Source: Antedon mediterranea (taxonomy: Eukaryota; Animalia; Echinodermata). Taken from it: DNA of 64,000 bases. The stretch's first letter is position 1. Each line of letters begins with the position of its first letter. This document shows, one piece after another, positions 51,501 to 64,000 of the stretch. The DNA lies in the NCBI RefSeq assembly GCF_964355755.1, contig NC_092678.1:636422-700421 (forward strand), written 5' to 3'. Position numbers and translations under genes: made by a program. The notes under the pieces are model-generated. The model saw only the letters and a list, made by a program, of their open reading frames with translations. It was not told the DNA's origin and ran no database searches.

Positions 51501-54500
51501 CTTTTACTATATTCCAATAATTTAGACTGTTATAACATCTAAAATAATGTACCCGTATATCCTCTGGTATAATTCAACCTCAGTAAAACATGAAATTTGG
51601 CCGACTTTGGAGGTGGGACTATACCTGGGAAAACCCTGGTTCAGGAAAAAATGATTTCTTGTAAAAACTCATCTGAACTGGCTAGAGAGAGGCCTACATC
51701 AAAAGTCAATACTAGAACTATACCTAGGATATGTATGTTTGTAAAATCAATAAATAAATAAATTAAGGGGTGGGATTATAATAATAAATAAATTAGGGGG
51801 TGGGATTATACGAGAGGATATACAGCAGTAAAATGCATTAGAATACTGACGTGTGCATCCAATGTTTGCATCTATTGGGTCGCCATAGTAAAGATCTTGA
51901 CAGCTACAACAGTCTCGTCCTCCAAAACCTGGTTGACATGTACACTCACCGCTGAACTACAAAACAAAAACAAACAAAATGATGGAGTAAAAGCAGTAAT
52001 TGTGTTTGGCCTCTTACTTACTTCGGGTAAATTATGTACTTTTTTGCAAATAAATATTATTACAATTTTCATTATTAATCGGCGACCTTTCATGAGTACA
52101 ATTATGAGTTTAGTAAGGGAGATGAAAGGACATACACAATGACGAGAAAAAATGTTATGTGCCTATATATGGACATGATGATGTGATATCACTACCATAT
52201 TTGGGCGCATCACTACTATATTTGGGCACATCACACATCAAACTAATTTGATGGTGTAGACAGAGCTTAACATACCTGGTTACATTGTAAAGAAACTGAA
52301 CCCTGGGAGCAACAGTTGCAAGCTTCGCAACCCATCCCACTCGCTAACCGCCAGTAGTTGTCCATACATTGGTCACACTGACGTCCAATCACGTTGGGCA
52401 AGCACGGACAATCGCCAGTAACACGGTCACAGACGCCACAATTGTTGTTAGCGTCACAAGTAGTTCTGTCTATTCCTAGAACATTACAACTGCACTCTGA
52501 AACAAAATGACAAAAACTAATATTACACAATGTCATTCATCTCATTTATTCAAAGCAAGTAGGTCAGAGTTCATTTGACTTTAATTGCTCAAAAAAACAA
52601 CAGAAAATGAAAATATTTAACACAATACAACAGAGCCACAAAATTATTCTGTTGAACAATAACTGAACCCAGTCTGATAGAAAAGGAATACAAGAACTAA
52701 GGAAGCCTAAAACAGACCTAAAGTGCTTACTGATAATTATTATGGTCTTTCATTTTGCTAATAAAATTGATCAAAAATTATAATATTACAAACATTATCA
52801 ATTAAAATAATGTTAAAACACATTCTATTTTTGCAAGATTCTACTCATCCCATGCATAATGTATTTGAGGTATTACATATTGGTAGACGTTACCGGTCCA
52901 TCATCTCTCATACAAATAGGTTTCGTAAAAGCTTTTATCTAGCTGCCATTCGGGCACTGAATGTTTGTATACCGTACGAGAGTCATGTGACACTTTGTAA
53001 TTGTTTGTTTTTTTAGTTTTATTTATCTGTTTTTGTTTATCTCGGAGCAAACATAATTTCTATGTATATTTTATATGCAAATGACAATAAACGAAAGTAA
53101 TTTTCCACTGATGAATAAATGAAAAGAAAAGTTAAAGTGCATGCCTTACCTCTACATGTCCTCTGAAGGGCATCGCCATAGTAATCAGAGGCACAGATCT
53201 CACAATGTGGACCAGCAGTATTGTACAGACAATTAGTACATTGGCCAGTTTCAGGCATGCAGTTACCGGGCAGAGCAAGATCGGTATTACCGTTACAATT
53301 GCACAGGCTACATCCGCCTCCTGAAACAGTCGGGTCACCAAAGTAATTGTTGGCGCATTTGTCACATCGAATACCTAAAAAACAAAGGGAATAGTAATTG
53401 AAGCTCAATTAATCTGGGACCCCCAGACATTTCATGTTATGGTGACATCTGTTGCTTTTGGGGTCCCAGGACATGTTGTTGAATAAATAAATGATCAACA
53501 CATAGAGAACTCTTAACATGACTAAATAAAAAAATATGTACATCCTATATTCTATGAATTTGAACATACAGTACTTGTCATTAAAGCTCTGTCTACACTA
53601 TCAAACTTTATGTGACAAAAAAATGTGATGTGTCAATATATGAACATGATGATGTCATATCACTACCATATTTGGGCACATCACACTTTTTTGTCACATC
53701 AAGTTTGATAGTGTAGACAGAGATTTAGATTAGGAAGATTTTAATTTTATTGATTGTCTAGTCTCTATTATCCAGAATGTTGTAGTTACCATCAAAACCT
53801 GGATAACAGTTGCAGATGACAGTCTGGGACTGGTTGTCAAGGTAACATGTATCGGCATGTTGGATGCCATTTTGTACACCTCCTGGACACAAGCACGGTT
53901 GACACTGCTGACCAAAGCCAATTCTTGGGTTACCATAGTAACCATCAAGACATCTGCGACAATATAAAGACATTAGTTCCTCCATACATTAAGAACTTTA
54001 TAACTTCATATTGTTAAAAACCTTGATTGACCAAAATATTTGATTAGGAAAATAATAACGATGACAATGTATTAATAAGGTAACTTTTTTTTTCTTACCT
54101 CTCACAATTAAAACCAGCAGTATTATCCTGACAATCTGTACAAGCGCCCCCTATTGCTTCACATTCTGTTGCATGGCCGTTACATTCACACGCTGGACAG
54201 TCTGGGAAACCGTAGTGCCCGGAACAGCATGTGTCGCAATTTCGGCCGCAGACGTTGGGCATACAGGGACATTTACCAGTTGAATCGCAAAATGCTGCTT
54301 GAGATCCAAACGCATTACACTCACAAGCTTGAAAAATAAAATGTTTTATTAATTATTTCTTTCCTTTTATAAAAAAATGTCTCACTTAAAGCATGGTTTT
54401 TACTAGAACGCAATGCAGTGAGGCTAACTGCTGTATTGCGTGATCACAAGTGGTAACCGACGACAGAACAGTGCTGCAAACATTGCTACAGGAAATCAAA

Positions 54501-57500
54501 ACAGTTTGATTTCACGCAACGAGAACACTGGAAAACATTGTACATCGCATACTCAAAAGTACACGGGGTGAACCAGGTCAAAGTCTATGGCTAGCTAATG
54601 TTGACGCACAACAAGCAGGTTTGATTTAACGCAGACGGGGGCAAACACAATTATTGGAAGGGCATTTTCTTATGTAGCGTCGCTAGTGGGAACAGGACTT
54701 TAAATTGATTCCTTCATCTTCCTAATATTTTGCTCATATTGTGCCTTACCTGTACATCCATTAGGACCAAATCCAAAGGTGCCAGGTGCGCATTGGTTGC
54801 AGGCTCTACCCATTACGTTTGGTTTGCAGTCGCACTGGCCTCCGTAACTGTCGCAGATGTTACTGGTAGATCCGGTAGAATCACAACCACAATCTGAGAA
54901 AAATAAAAACAGATTTAAAATAAAAAGGATTTATTTATGATTAAAATTAATTTTCTATAGCAATATTAACTTGGTTTAGAGAAGAAGAAAAAAATGTTTT
55001 CCCAATTCTACTGTATTAATATATCTTTGTATAGGCTTTTGTGCAATCATTTATTTTGAAAAAAATTTTTATAAAAAAAAAATAAAAAAAAAAAAAATAT
55101 ATATATAATTATCATTGGTTTTATACTTTTATACAAATTTTAATATTGAACAAATGTAAATATCTTTGTAATTCAGCTAAGGCTGCGATAATGATATTGA
55201 AATAAATGAAATGAAATGAAAAAAAAAAAAAATTTATTTTAATATATTATATATTTTTTTCTTAATGTTATTTATTTGGTATTTAAATTTTCTCCATGTT
55301 TTGAGATTGAAGTTTTGTGAAGTTTTTTTTCTGTGTTTTTTAATACCAAAATAAATTACCAATGCCTCCGTTGTACGTCATGGCTGACATTATAAAGAGC
55401 AAGTCCTGACAAGTTTCTTGTAGTTCTTGTTTATCCACCCTGTAGAATGGATCCATGCAGCTGTAGTAGTTCCAGTTGTCAAGACGTAAGCCACCGCTCT
55501 GCTCGGAGAATGGCGCTAGGTTGCCGGGCTGTGGCAGCAGGGCAATCTGGGTAATAAAACATTTGAAGAATATAAATATACAGTGCTGTAGTCACGAGAA
55601 TTAAAAGGGTGCGGTTGTTGAAACAGGAGGGAACACTCTCTTGTGCGACAACCTATACATTCATTTAAAATTGAAAAACCTTTGCCTACAATTTTGTCCC
55701 CATATTTTTTAGCTATATTCAGAAGCCTAAAAAACCTATGAACAAAGGTTATACCAAAGCTCTTACTTCCCAGATGAGAGCACAAACTCTGCACAATCAC
55801 AGTCCAATATAAACATATTTGTTAATAACATATTTTACATAAACGATTATTCAGCATTATATAACAGTGATGTAGCCACAAGAATTAAATGGTGTGGTTG
55901 TTGAAGTGGGCCATGGGTTGTCAAAAGGCTTTTGCCAAAAAAGTGGTCAGGTTGAAACCTTACCAACCGTACTGGTTTATACAGCCCTGATATATAATGT
56001 ACTATCTCCAGATCTATAACATAGTTCTTTCTATCGCAAAGGATTGAGAGGTCACTCAGGTCACTTTTTGAAGTGATGATACTGCAACTCTTCTATTTTT
56101 TATTTCTCCCTACCTAGTATGATATAAACCTGTAACATGAAATATCATATGAATGAAAAGTGTATTAAAAAACTTACCGAGTCGATACGAATGACAGCAT
56201 CTGGTCGTGATTGTCCCACAATAAGGCTGCGGAATTCAAGTCTTATTATGTACCGTTCACCTTTTTCCAAACAAAACAAATCTGGAAGTGTACTACGATG
56301 CCTGTGTGCAAATAAAACACAAAATAATGATGAAATTCTAATTAAAAAAGATACAGAAACCAACAGTAATGTTGAGTACTTACTCAGATAAACCAACAGT
56401 GATGTTGTCTATGAGTACTTACTCAGATAAACCAACAGTAATGTTGAGTACTTACTCAGATAAACCAACAGTAATGTTGAGTACTTACTCAGATAAACCA
56501 ACAGTAATGTTGAGTACTTACTCAGATAAACCGACAGTGATGTTGTCGTTGAGTACTTACTCAGATAAACCGACAGTGATGTTGTCGTTGAGTACTTACT
56601 CAGATAAACCGACAGTGATGTTGTCGTTGAGTACTTACTCAGATAAACCGACAGTGATGTTGTCGTTGAGTACTTACTCAGATAAACCGACAGTGATGTT
56701 GTCGTTGAGTACTTACTCAGATAAACCGACAGTGATGTTGTCGTTGAGTACTTACTCAGATAAACCGACAGTACTCTAATCTCCTCAAAGAGCAAGATAT
56801 AACTTGATGGTGGTGGTTTGCGAGGATACTCCCACTTGAGGGCATAGTTCATGGATAACACCATTTATAAAGACGGTTAAATAAATGTACTTTTTTAGGC
56901 TTATCTATCTATCTCTTCAAGTCAGAGAGTACTGCTGTAGTTACTATACTAAAGATAAACATCCATTACACAAACATTATGTATGGTTAAGGAATGCAAC
57001 TATGTAGCACACTATGTAGAACTAACAGATATCTAAATTCATTCGTGCTTTCACTGTGTGTTATATCTTTATTACAACTCTTTACTTGTTTTATATTTAT
57101 TTTACTTATATATATTGTATGTTGTTGCATTGTTATGTGAGCGCTTGTGCCTGTCATGAATTTCCGCAAGGACCAAATAAATCTGAGCTGTAAACCTTGA
57201 AAAACAAAGTTAAACAAACAAATAGATAGATAATATACACATTTTTACATACAAATTTTGAGCAGTGTTTGCCTTCCATACCTGTCGTTAACAGACAATG
57301 CTACAACCAGTTCATCATCAGATGGGATTGTGTTTCCACAGATACTACTGGTATCAACTGGTCTTGGTCTCTCCAACGTTATTCTCACATCCTCCCACCA
57401 GCTGGCTGTCAGCTGTATCAACATAAATTGATAATAAAAGTTAGCTTAAGTACTGTGATGGGTTAGTACGCATCTTACTGGATGCGTGATTTGGACTTAA

Positions 57501-60500
57501 GCTTGTTTCCCACTCAAACGCAGCGCAACAACGTAAGCTTATATTACTTGCGATGCGGATACGTCTTATTATAATTAAATTACATTCAGAAAATTATAGG
57601 ATTTATTATTTCCATACAAATTCTTATATTATACAATAGAACTTCTATTAAGAGGACACCCTCAGGAGGCAAAGTGCCTCCTTAATTATAGGTGTCCTCT
57701 GAATCTTGCAGTTTTTCCCTCTCATTCAGTTCAATTGTATTTTGTTATGATGATTATTTAATCAAATCAATTGAGTTTAATGCTGTCACCAAAGACACAT
57801 TACAGAGAAGATTGAAAAAAAATTGATGCAAATAAAAAAAAACATAAATTGTGAAGAAAATAATTAAAAGAATCAAAACGTGATTATCCATACAAGCAAA
57901 ACAGGAGAAAAAAATAGATAAAAATTATTTCAAACTTCTAAAAGTGAATCGCAATGAATTACATTAACATGCATACTGAATGATACACTTTCCAGGTCGA
58001 TTATGAATTTTAAAAAATAAAATAAAAGCAACGTTTACAAGAAACTGAGAAACTGTTGTGTGATAATGTTCAGAATGTACATGCATGTTATCCCGCATAC
58101 ATGTCATCCCGCATACATGTCATCCCGCATACATGTCATCCCGCATACATGTCATACCGCATACATGTCATCCCACATATGTACATGTTATCCCGCATAC
58201 ATACTTAATGTTCAAATGCATGTTTACAATGTGCACATATACTTACTATAATTCTGGAATAGTTAAAATGAAGAAAAAACACTTGTATGTTATTTCTAAC
58301 TATATATTGTTGAATATAATATAATTATCAAAACATGGCAAGGAAAAAAAACAAAGTGTAAAGCACAGATTTATATTTTTGCCTCAAGTGAAGTCAAGTC
58401 AGGTCAAATGTGATGCTACGGTTTGTTTATTGCAGATTTTTATCATAAAAGTCTTGGCAGTAAAGATCATACACATACACTCATACACAATGGGTTTCCT
58501 TAACAATGTGCGTCCCCTGTTGATCCTATAGTCTATACTGGCTTTTTTATTTATTTATTTATTATTTATCTTTATGTAACTAGTTTTTAGTTGGCCTCCT
58601 ATCACAAGCCCCTTTGGTTTCCTGGAGATCCCTTTTATCTTAGTTGGCCTCCTATCACAAGCCCCTTGGGTTTCCTGGAGATCCCTTTTATCTTAGTTGG
58701 CCTCCTATCACAAGCCCCTTGGGTTTCCTGGAGATCCCTTTTATCTTAGTTGGCCTCCTATCAAAAGCCCCTTGGGTTTCCTGGAGATCCCTTTTATCTT
58801 AGTTGGCCTCCTATCACAAGCCCCTTGGGTTTCCTGGAGATCCCTTTTATCTTAGTCGGCCTCCTATCACAAGCCCCTTTGGTTTCCTGGAGATCCCTTT
58901 TATCTTAGTTGGCCTCCTATCACAAGCCCCTTGGGTTTCCTGGAGATCCCTTTTATCTTAGTTGGCCTCCTATCACAAGCCCCTTGGGTTTCCTGGAGAT
59001 CCCTTTTATCTTAGTTGGCCTCCTATCACAAGCCCCTTTGGTTTCCTGGAGATCCCTTTTATCTTAGTTGGCCTCCTATCACAAGCCCCTTGGGTTTCCT
59101 GGAGATCCCTTTTATCTTAGTTGGCCTCCTATCACAAGCCCCTTGGGTTTCCTGGAGATCCCTTTTATCTTAGTTGGCCTCCTATCACAAGCCCCTTGGG
59201 TTTCCTGGAGATCCCTTTTATCTTAGTTGGCCTCCTATCACAAGCCCCTTGGGTTTCCTGGAGATCCCTTTTATCTTAGTTGGCCTCCTATCACAAGCCC
59301 CTTGGGTTTCCTGGAGATCCCTTTTATCTTAATTGGCCTCCTATCACAAGCCCCTTTGGTTTCCTGGAGATCCCTTTTATCTTAGTTGGCCTCCTATCAC
59401 AAGCCCCTTGGGTTTCCTGGAGATCCCTTTTATCTTAGTTGGCCTCCTATCACAAGCCCCTTGGGTTTCCTGGAGATCCCTTTTATCTTAGTTGGCCTCC
59501 TATCCCAAGCCCCTTGGGTTTCCTGGAGATCCCTTTTATCTTTTTTAAATTTGTTTTATTCCTATTTGCTATGTGTATTGATGAATAAAGAGATTAATTT
59601 GATACTCTTCTCACACTCCTACATTTAGTAATATAATTTGATTACTCCTTCCTAAATTTAACAAAACTCTATACTTACAAGTGGTTCATATCTAATAACC
59701 AGTTCATAGTTTCCAGAGTATGGGACGTTATCCACCACAAATTCAAGAACACTGCCCTCACTGACTCGTACAAAACCAGTTCCTGTCCACGTTAGTGTAG
59801 TACCAATGGGTTGTACGCGATCTTCAATATCACCCTAAAACAAATAATAAAAAAAAGAATAAAACACAAAGTGAGGTTGCACTCAAGTGAGGTTGCACTC
59901 AAGTGAGGTTGCACTCAAGTGAGGTTGCACTCAAGTGAGGTTGCACTCAAATGAGGTTGCACTTGGTTATTCATTTCAAACTAAAATATCACTTACAATA
60001 TAACCGGAAAGTCGCGAATACTCCGCCTCATAAACCAAGTAATCCACATGCGTGATAAAGTAGCCAGGTTCGACATCGTCACAACGGCGGCCAAAAATGT
60101 TGGGTCGACACGGACACTGTCCAGTTTGTTTATCGCACTGGTTGGAGTACGATCCACCAGGGTTACAGCCACATGGCCGGCAGCCTTCTGTTTCGTCGCT
60201 CAAACCGTAATACGAGTCGTGACATTCATCACAGTTGCGGCCGGTGACATATCGTTTGCAGGTGCATCCGCCGCTCCTCTTGTCGCAACCTCGGTTATCA
60301 ACTGTTCCAAGTGTGTTACACGTACATGCTAAATGTAAAAGACAATTACGGTATCAGAAACATTTGTTTAATTCATTGGTATTTACTCATAAAACATTAA
60401 TTAATTCGAAGATCTACAGTGTGTGTCGTAATACATTATTTTGTATTTGGCGAAGTCCATACACAGAATACACCTACTTTTGATCATAACCAAGCTAGGC

Positions 60501-63500
60501 TAATATACGCTAGGCCATATGAGGCCTAGCGGTCCTGTTTTGTTTACACTCCATCGCGGTCGAAGATCGCTTCACACACGGCGCTACAAGTCGCCAAAAC
60601 GGAAAACCACTATTTGGTATCGGCTGCCATAAACAAGCTTATTAAATTTCTTTGGTACATTTCTATTTAACGAACATTGTATACTTGCTTTTCTGCTTGA
60701 TAAATTCTTGTTCAATTGATGTTTAAAATAAGATATTATACGATAAATTACACGAACTATAAGCTTAATTTTCCGACACTCTACACCTCGTGTATTTAGA
60801 GGCAACGTCGTACACGTGAGGGCGCTCGCTCGCATGGTGGAATACACAGTGTACATGTGCTGTTTTTGACGATCTGCATTTTTGGATCCTCGGGTATAAG
60901 CCCACCCCCCAAACTTGACGTGATTTCATGTTCGAGGGGGGTGGGCTTATACCCGCGTCAGTACGGTATATAGAAATATATTTCATCAATACATATTGAT
61001 ATTATTGATAATGATAACATTTTTTTTTTACTGCAGTAAAAACATGTCTTACCTTCACAGCCGTCAGGATTATTTTCTTGTAAGTTCCAGAAACCGTTCA
61101 TGCATGTATCGCAACGCTTACCGTTCACATAGCGTTTACACAAACATCTACCGGCCTCTAGGTTCATCATGGCGTCGGTTCGGCTCTCGCATTCTCCTCC
61201 CATCTCAGAACCACTCGGATCACAATCACAAGCTAGAAAAAACAAAAACAAGGATTTAATATTGTAATCCAAAAATAAAAATGAAAACTGTCTGAATAAA
61301 CATGAGAGTAGTCAACTCTCCCAATACCGTACTAAACTCTGCCAATACCGTACTAAACTCTCCCAATACCGTACTCAACTCTCCCAATACCGTACTCAAC
61401 TCTCCCAATACCGTACTCAACTCTCCCAATACCGTACTCAACTCTCCCAATACTGTACTCAACTCTCCCAATACCGTCCTAAACTCTCCCAATACCGTCC
61501 TAAACTCTCCCAATACCGTACTCAACTCTCCCAATACCGTACTCAACTCTCCCAATACCGGTACTCAACTCTCCCAATACCGTACTCAACTCTCCCAATA
61601 CCGTACTAAACTCTCCCAATACCGGTACTCAACTCTCCCAATACCGTACTCAACTCTCCCAATACCGTGCTAAACTCTCCCAATACCGTACTCAACTCTC
61701 CCAATACCGTACTAAACTCTCCCAATACCGTACTCAACTCTGCCAAAAACGTACTCAACTCTGCCAATACCGTACTCAACTCTCCCAATACCGTACTCAA
61801 CTCTCTCGATACCGTACTCAACTCTGCCGATACCGTACTCAACCCTGCCAATACCGTACTCAACTCTGCCAATACCGTACTCAACTCTGCCAATACCGTA
61901 CTCAACTCTGCCAATACCGTACTCAACTCTGCCAATACCGTACTCAACTCTGCCAATACCGTACTCAACTCTGCCAATACCGTACTCAACTCTGCCAATA
62001 CCGTACTCTCTAAAATACGGAAACTCTCCCAAAACCAGACTTTTCGTAAGGTCCAAAAGGTCACAAATTCATTTTTGCCATTAGAAACACATTCTGAATA
62101 CCAGAATTTCCAGAAAACCAGAAAATTAGGCCAGCCCAAAGGTGTCCGATATTGAGAGAGTTGACTGTATCACTAAACCCTGTAGTATTATATAAAAGAT
62201 CTATCAGTACACCTTATTAAACTTTACTACTAAACTAACTAAAAGTTTTGGCAGAATACTACAGTAAATTAATATTTGCATACACAGGCAGGAAGCATAG
62301 TAATTTAAAATTGAATTAATTTGTAACGTACAGTGTATTAACTCACATGCATAGAGAAACTCTAGACTGCCCAGTGATATACTGGAAATTAATTTACTTA
62401 TAAACGGTAAAGATAATATTCCATACATGTATTACTATTAAAGCCCTATAAATTAACCAAAATATATGTAGTTGTTCTACATGCATTAGAGTTTTCCATT
62501 CGTTAACTTTTAATTCACAAATCAATGAAAGTTTAAAATCAGAGGCAATTTAACTACTGGTGATACAATTTACAAGTCACTAGTAGAACAGTGGGGGATC
62601 AAAACCACAAATTAAAAATAAATTCCAGCTGATATGTATGTCTACAAGCTCCAATCAAGGTCATAGTTCATTAGATCGAGGGCGGTGTATGTGACTTTTG
62701 GTAAAGGTTAGATGGTTTTTGTTGTTGTCGGCTCTTGGTGTAAATCCCATGAGTATAAAGATAGTTTATTTCATGACAAATTTAATGTTATTTTTGGTTT
62801 CTGGTTTCATTTATAAATACCCTTTAATCTGGAGTTAGGCAGCCCATAGCCTTTGAGTCCACAGCAGTAGCAAACCTGCCAATCTTTAAAGTAAAAACTA
62901 CAGCTATATATTTTTTTCTGTGATTCAAAGGTGCACAAAAGCAATAGTTTCAAGTAAATATATGTAAATAATATAAAATCTACACAAAAGTAATTGATCT
63001 ATATATTTTAAGATGAGTTTTGTTGCGTAATATTAGGTAATCATACACATACTATGTACATATTTAAACTAAAGATTTCAAAAAAAATATTAAAATTCAT
63101 AAACAAATATTGTACATCAACTTTCAAATACCAATATGAACAGTAAAAAAATCATTATTTGAAAATTTAGTTGGGCTGGCCTAATATATCTGTTTTTCCA
63201 GAAATCTTGATATTTCGATAATGTGATTTTAATGGTAGTAAAAACAGAATTTTAAAAATTCTGGCATATCTATTCGGTTTTCAGATTTTTCGGTATCGAG
63301 AAAGTTGATGACTATCTGAATTGTTGTATGTGGGTTGTTTTCTAGCATGGTTGTCGGTAGGTTGTAACAGCAGCAGCCTAATCAACTACAGACTGCAGAC
63401 AGATGGTGTGCAAATATATTTTTAATGTTATGATCTTTGTTCCGAAAGTCTAAAGTGGAATTTATGAGTTGCATTTGAATACAAACATTTTAGAGAAAAT

Positions 63501-64000
63501 TGTTTTCTCTGGTATTCTACAATATTACATGAATATTGTGTCACACCTTTGTCTGGTATTCTACAATATTACATGAATATTGTGTCACACCTTTGACTAT
63601 GACCAATTTTATATATGTATAAATATAACAACCACAATTTCAAAACATTCTTAAATTCATTTTAGTAACAATTATTTTAATTTAACATATCATAACAAAG
63701 ATAATGATAATAAGGACATGTTCGCTCAAAGACGTAGACAGAGTGGGAAACACAAGTGGGACACGCATCTAACAACTATTAGCGTTTAAGATGATGATGA
63801 TCATAATGATAAATTGTGTATCACAAACCCCTTTATATTTATATTCATCCCTAATTAAATCTAAAAACTAACTTAATTCTGTAGAAAATATACAATCTTG
63901 CTAATTCCACAAACAATACTTACGAACACAAATTTGAGAATCCCTGATGTCTCTCGTAGGATCCATATAATAGAACGCTTCACACTGCTCACAGTTCCTA
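45553..64000 (-). CDS. LAMB1: Laminin subunit beta (LAMB1-like); 5' part lies outside the window
   Basis: Exons (minus): 63924-64000, 61053-61232, 59997-60328, 59679-59834, 57281-57412, 56178-56301, 55360-55546, 54750-54893, 54099-54327, 53790-53953, 53150-53374, 52276-52496, 51851-51956, 51039-51227, 50668-50851, 50024-50208, 49111-49346, 48265-48676, 47790-47910, 47352-47493, 47061-47237, 46373-46529, 45553-45710. Domain order: LE repeats, LF/IV-B domain, more LE repeats, coiled coil interrupted by the beta-knob ([25 protein letters not shown]), and a terminal YYEVC. The exact paralog name is not certain. Confidence 0.93.
46588..46773. mobile_element. PIF/Harbinger-like MITE
   Basis: TIRs aggccaatttacacagatgag ... 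ctcgtctgtgtaaattggcct, flanked by taa/tag. Confidence 0.75.
48803..48950. mobile_element. hAT-like MITE (same family as 55579-55989 and 7027-7640)
   Basis: cagggccgtagccac ... gtggctacatcattg termini; internal sequence is shared with the other copies. Confidence 0.65.
49545..49915. repeat. 33/28-bp minisatellite, about 12 copies
   Basis: Unit aaacatatcagggtgaccgcttaagttgaaaac. Confidence 0.93.
52820..53035 (+). mobile_element. 3' end of a Rex1/L2-like LINE
   Basis: Translation [42 protein letters not shown] matches the typical C-terminus of Rex1/Babar-type ORF2. Confidence 0.7.
53585..53724. mobile_element. Intact ~140 bp palindromic MITE, the most abundant family in the window
   Basis: TIR agctctgtctacactatcaaact ... 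agtttgatagtgtagacagag. Further full or partial copies at ~5174, ~5577, ~6370, ~28357, ~30563, ~32023 and ~52150. TTA/TAA flanks suggest PIF/Harbinger. Confidence 0.85.
54388..54702. mobile_element. Degenerate Harbinger-like MITE (related copies at ~31835-31960 and ~57500)
   Basis: taaagcatggtttttactagaacgca ... cgtcgctagtgggaacaggactttaa imperfect TIRs. Confidence 0.5.
56360..56865. repeat. 30/39-bp tandem array abutting an RTE-like LINE fragment
   Basis: Unit gttgagtacttactcagataaaccgacagtgatgttgtc. The adjacent 56772-56865 translates on the minus strand to [21 protein letters not shown], which is weakly RTE-like. Confidence 0.8.
58075..58203. repeat. 16-bp minisatellite
   Basis: Unit catcccgcatacatgt. 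Confidence 0.9.
58588..59542. repeat. 53-bp minisatellite, about 18 copies
   Basis: Unit tagttggcctcctatcacaagccccttgggtttcctggagatcccttttatct. Confidence 0.95.
59869..59963. repeat. 16-bp minisatellite, about 6 copies
   Basis: Unit aagtgaggttgcactc. Confidence 0.9.
60485..60968. mobile_element. Partial Tc1/mariner-superfamily MITE (right end only)
   Basis: Ends in cgggtataagcccacccccc...ggggggtgggcttatacccgcgtcagtacgg-TA, an internal palindrome plus a TACGG-TA terminus. No left TIR found. Confidence 0.55.
61309..62167. mobile_element. pogo-like MITE whose left terminus has expanded into a 21-bp minisatellite (about 33 copies)
   Basis: The left end tagtcaactctcccaatac is the inverted repeat of the right end gatattgagagagttgactg-TA. 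The unit ccgtactcaactct(c/g)ccaata runs from 61311 to 62010. Confidence 0.85.

Noticed and set aside
56369-62155. Repeat ORFs such as [18 protein letters not shown] and VLNSPNT (antifreeze or coiled-coil-like)
   Set aside because: They derive from minisatellites within laminin introns; the 21-bp unit is a MITE terminus.
1-64000. tRNA, rRNA or snoRNA genes
   Set aside because: I recognised no convincing cloverleaf, rRNA segment or box C/D or H/ACA structure by eye; a covariance-model scan would be needed to exclude them.

Overview
This is AT-rich, intron-dense eukaryotic genomic DNA, probably from a marine invertebrate deuterostome (inferred from gene structure and repeats; not verified). I traced five spliced genes by hand through GT-AG junctions with consistent phases. 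Urocanate hydratase UROC1 (minus strand, 3' end outside the window) sits head-to-head with histidine ammonia-lyase HAL (plus strand); their ATGs are only 279 bp apart, so steps 1 and 2 of histidine catabolism appear to share one bidirectional promoter. The other genes are kinetochore NDC80 (plus), a Shisa-like single-pass membrane protein with two apparent alternative N-termini (minus), and the 3' part of a laminin beta chain (minus). Introns are packed with MITEs, LINE fragments and short-unit tandem arrays. Notable patterns: (1) the HAL-UROC1 divergent pair; (2) repeated duplication of exon boundaries that creates decoy splice sites (12 donors in UROC1, 9 acceptors in NDC80, plus at least four single copies); (3) a U12-type intron and duplicated terminal exons in HAL; (4) minisatellites that have grown out of MITE termini and LINE tails. 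All coordinates were counted by hand and may be off by a few bases; no searches were run.
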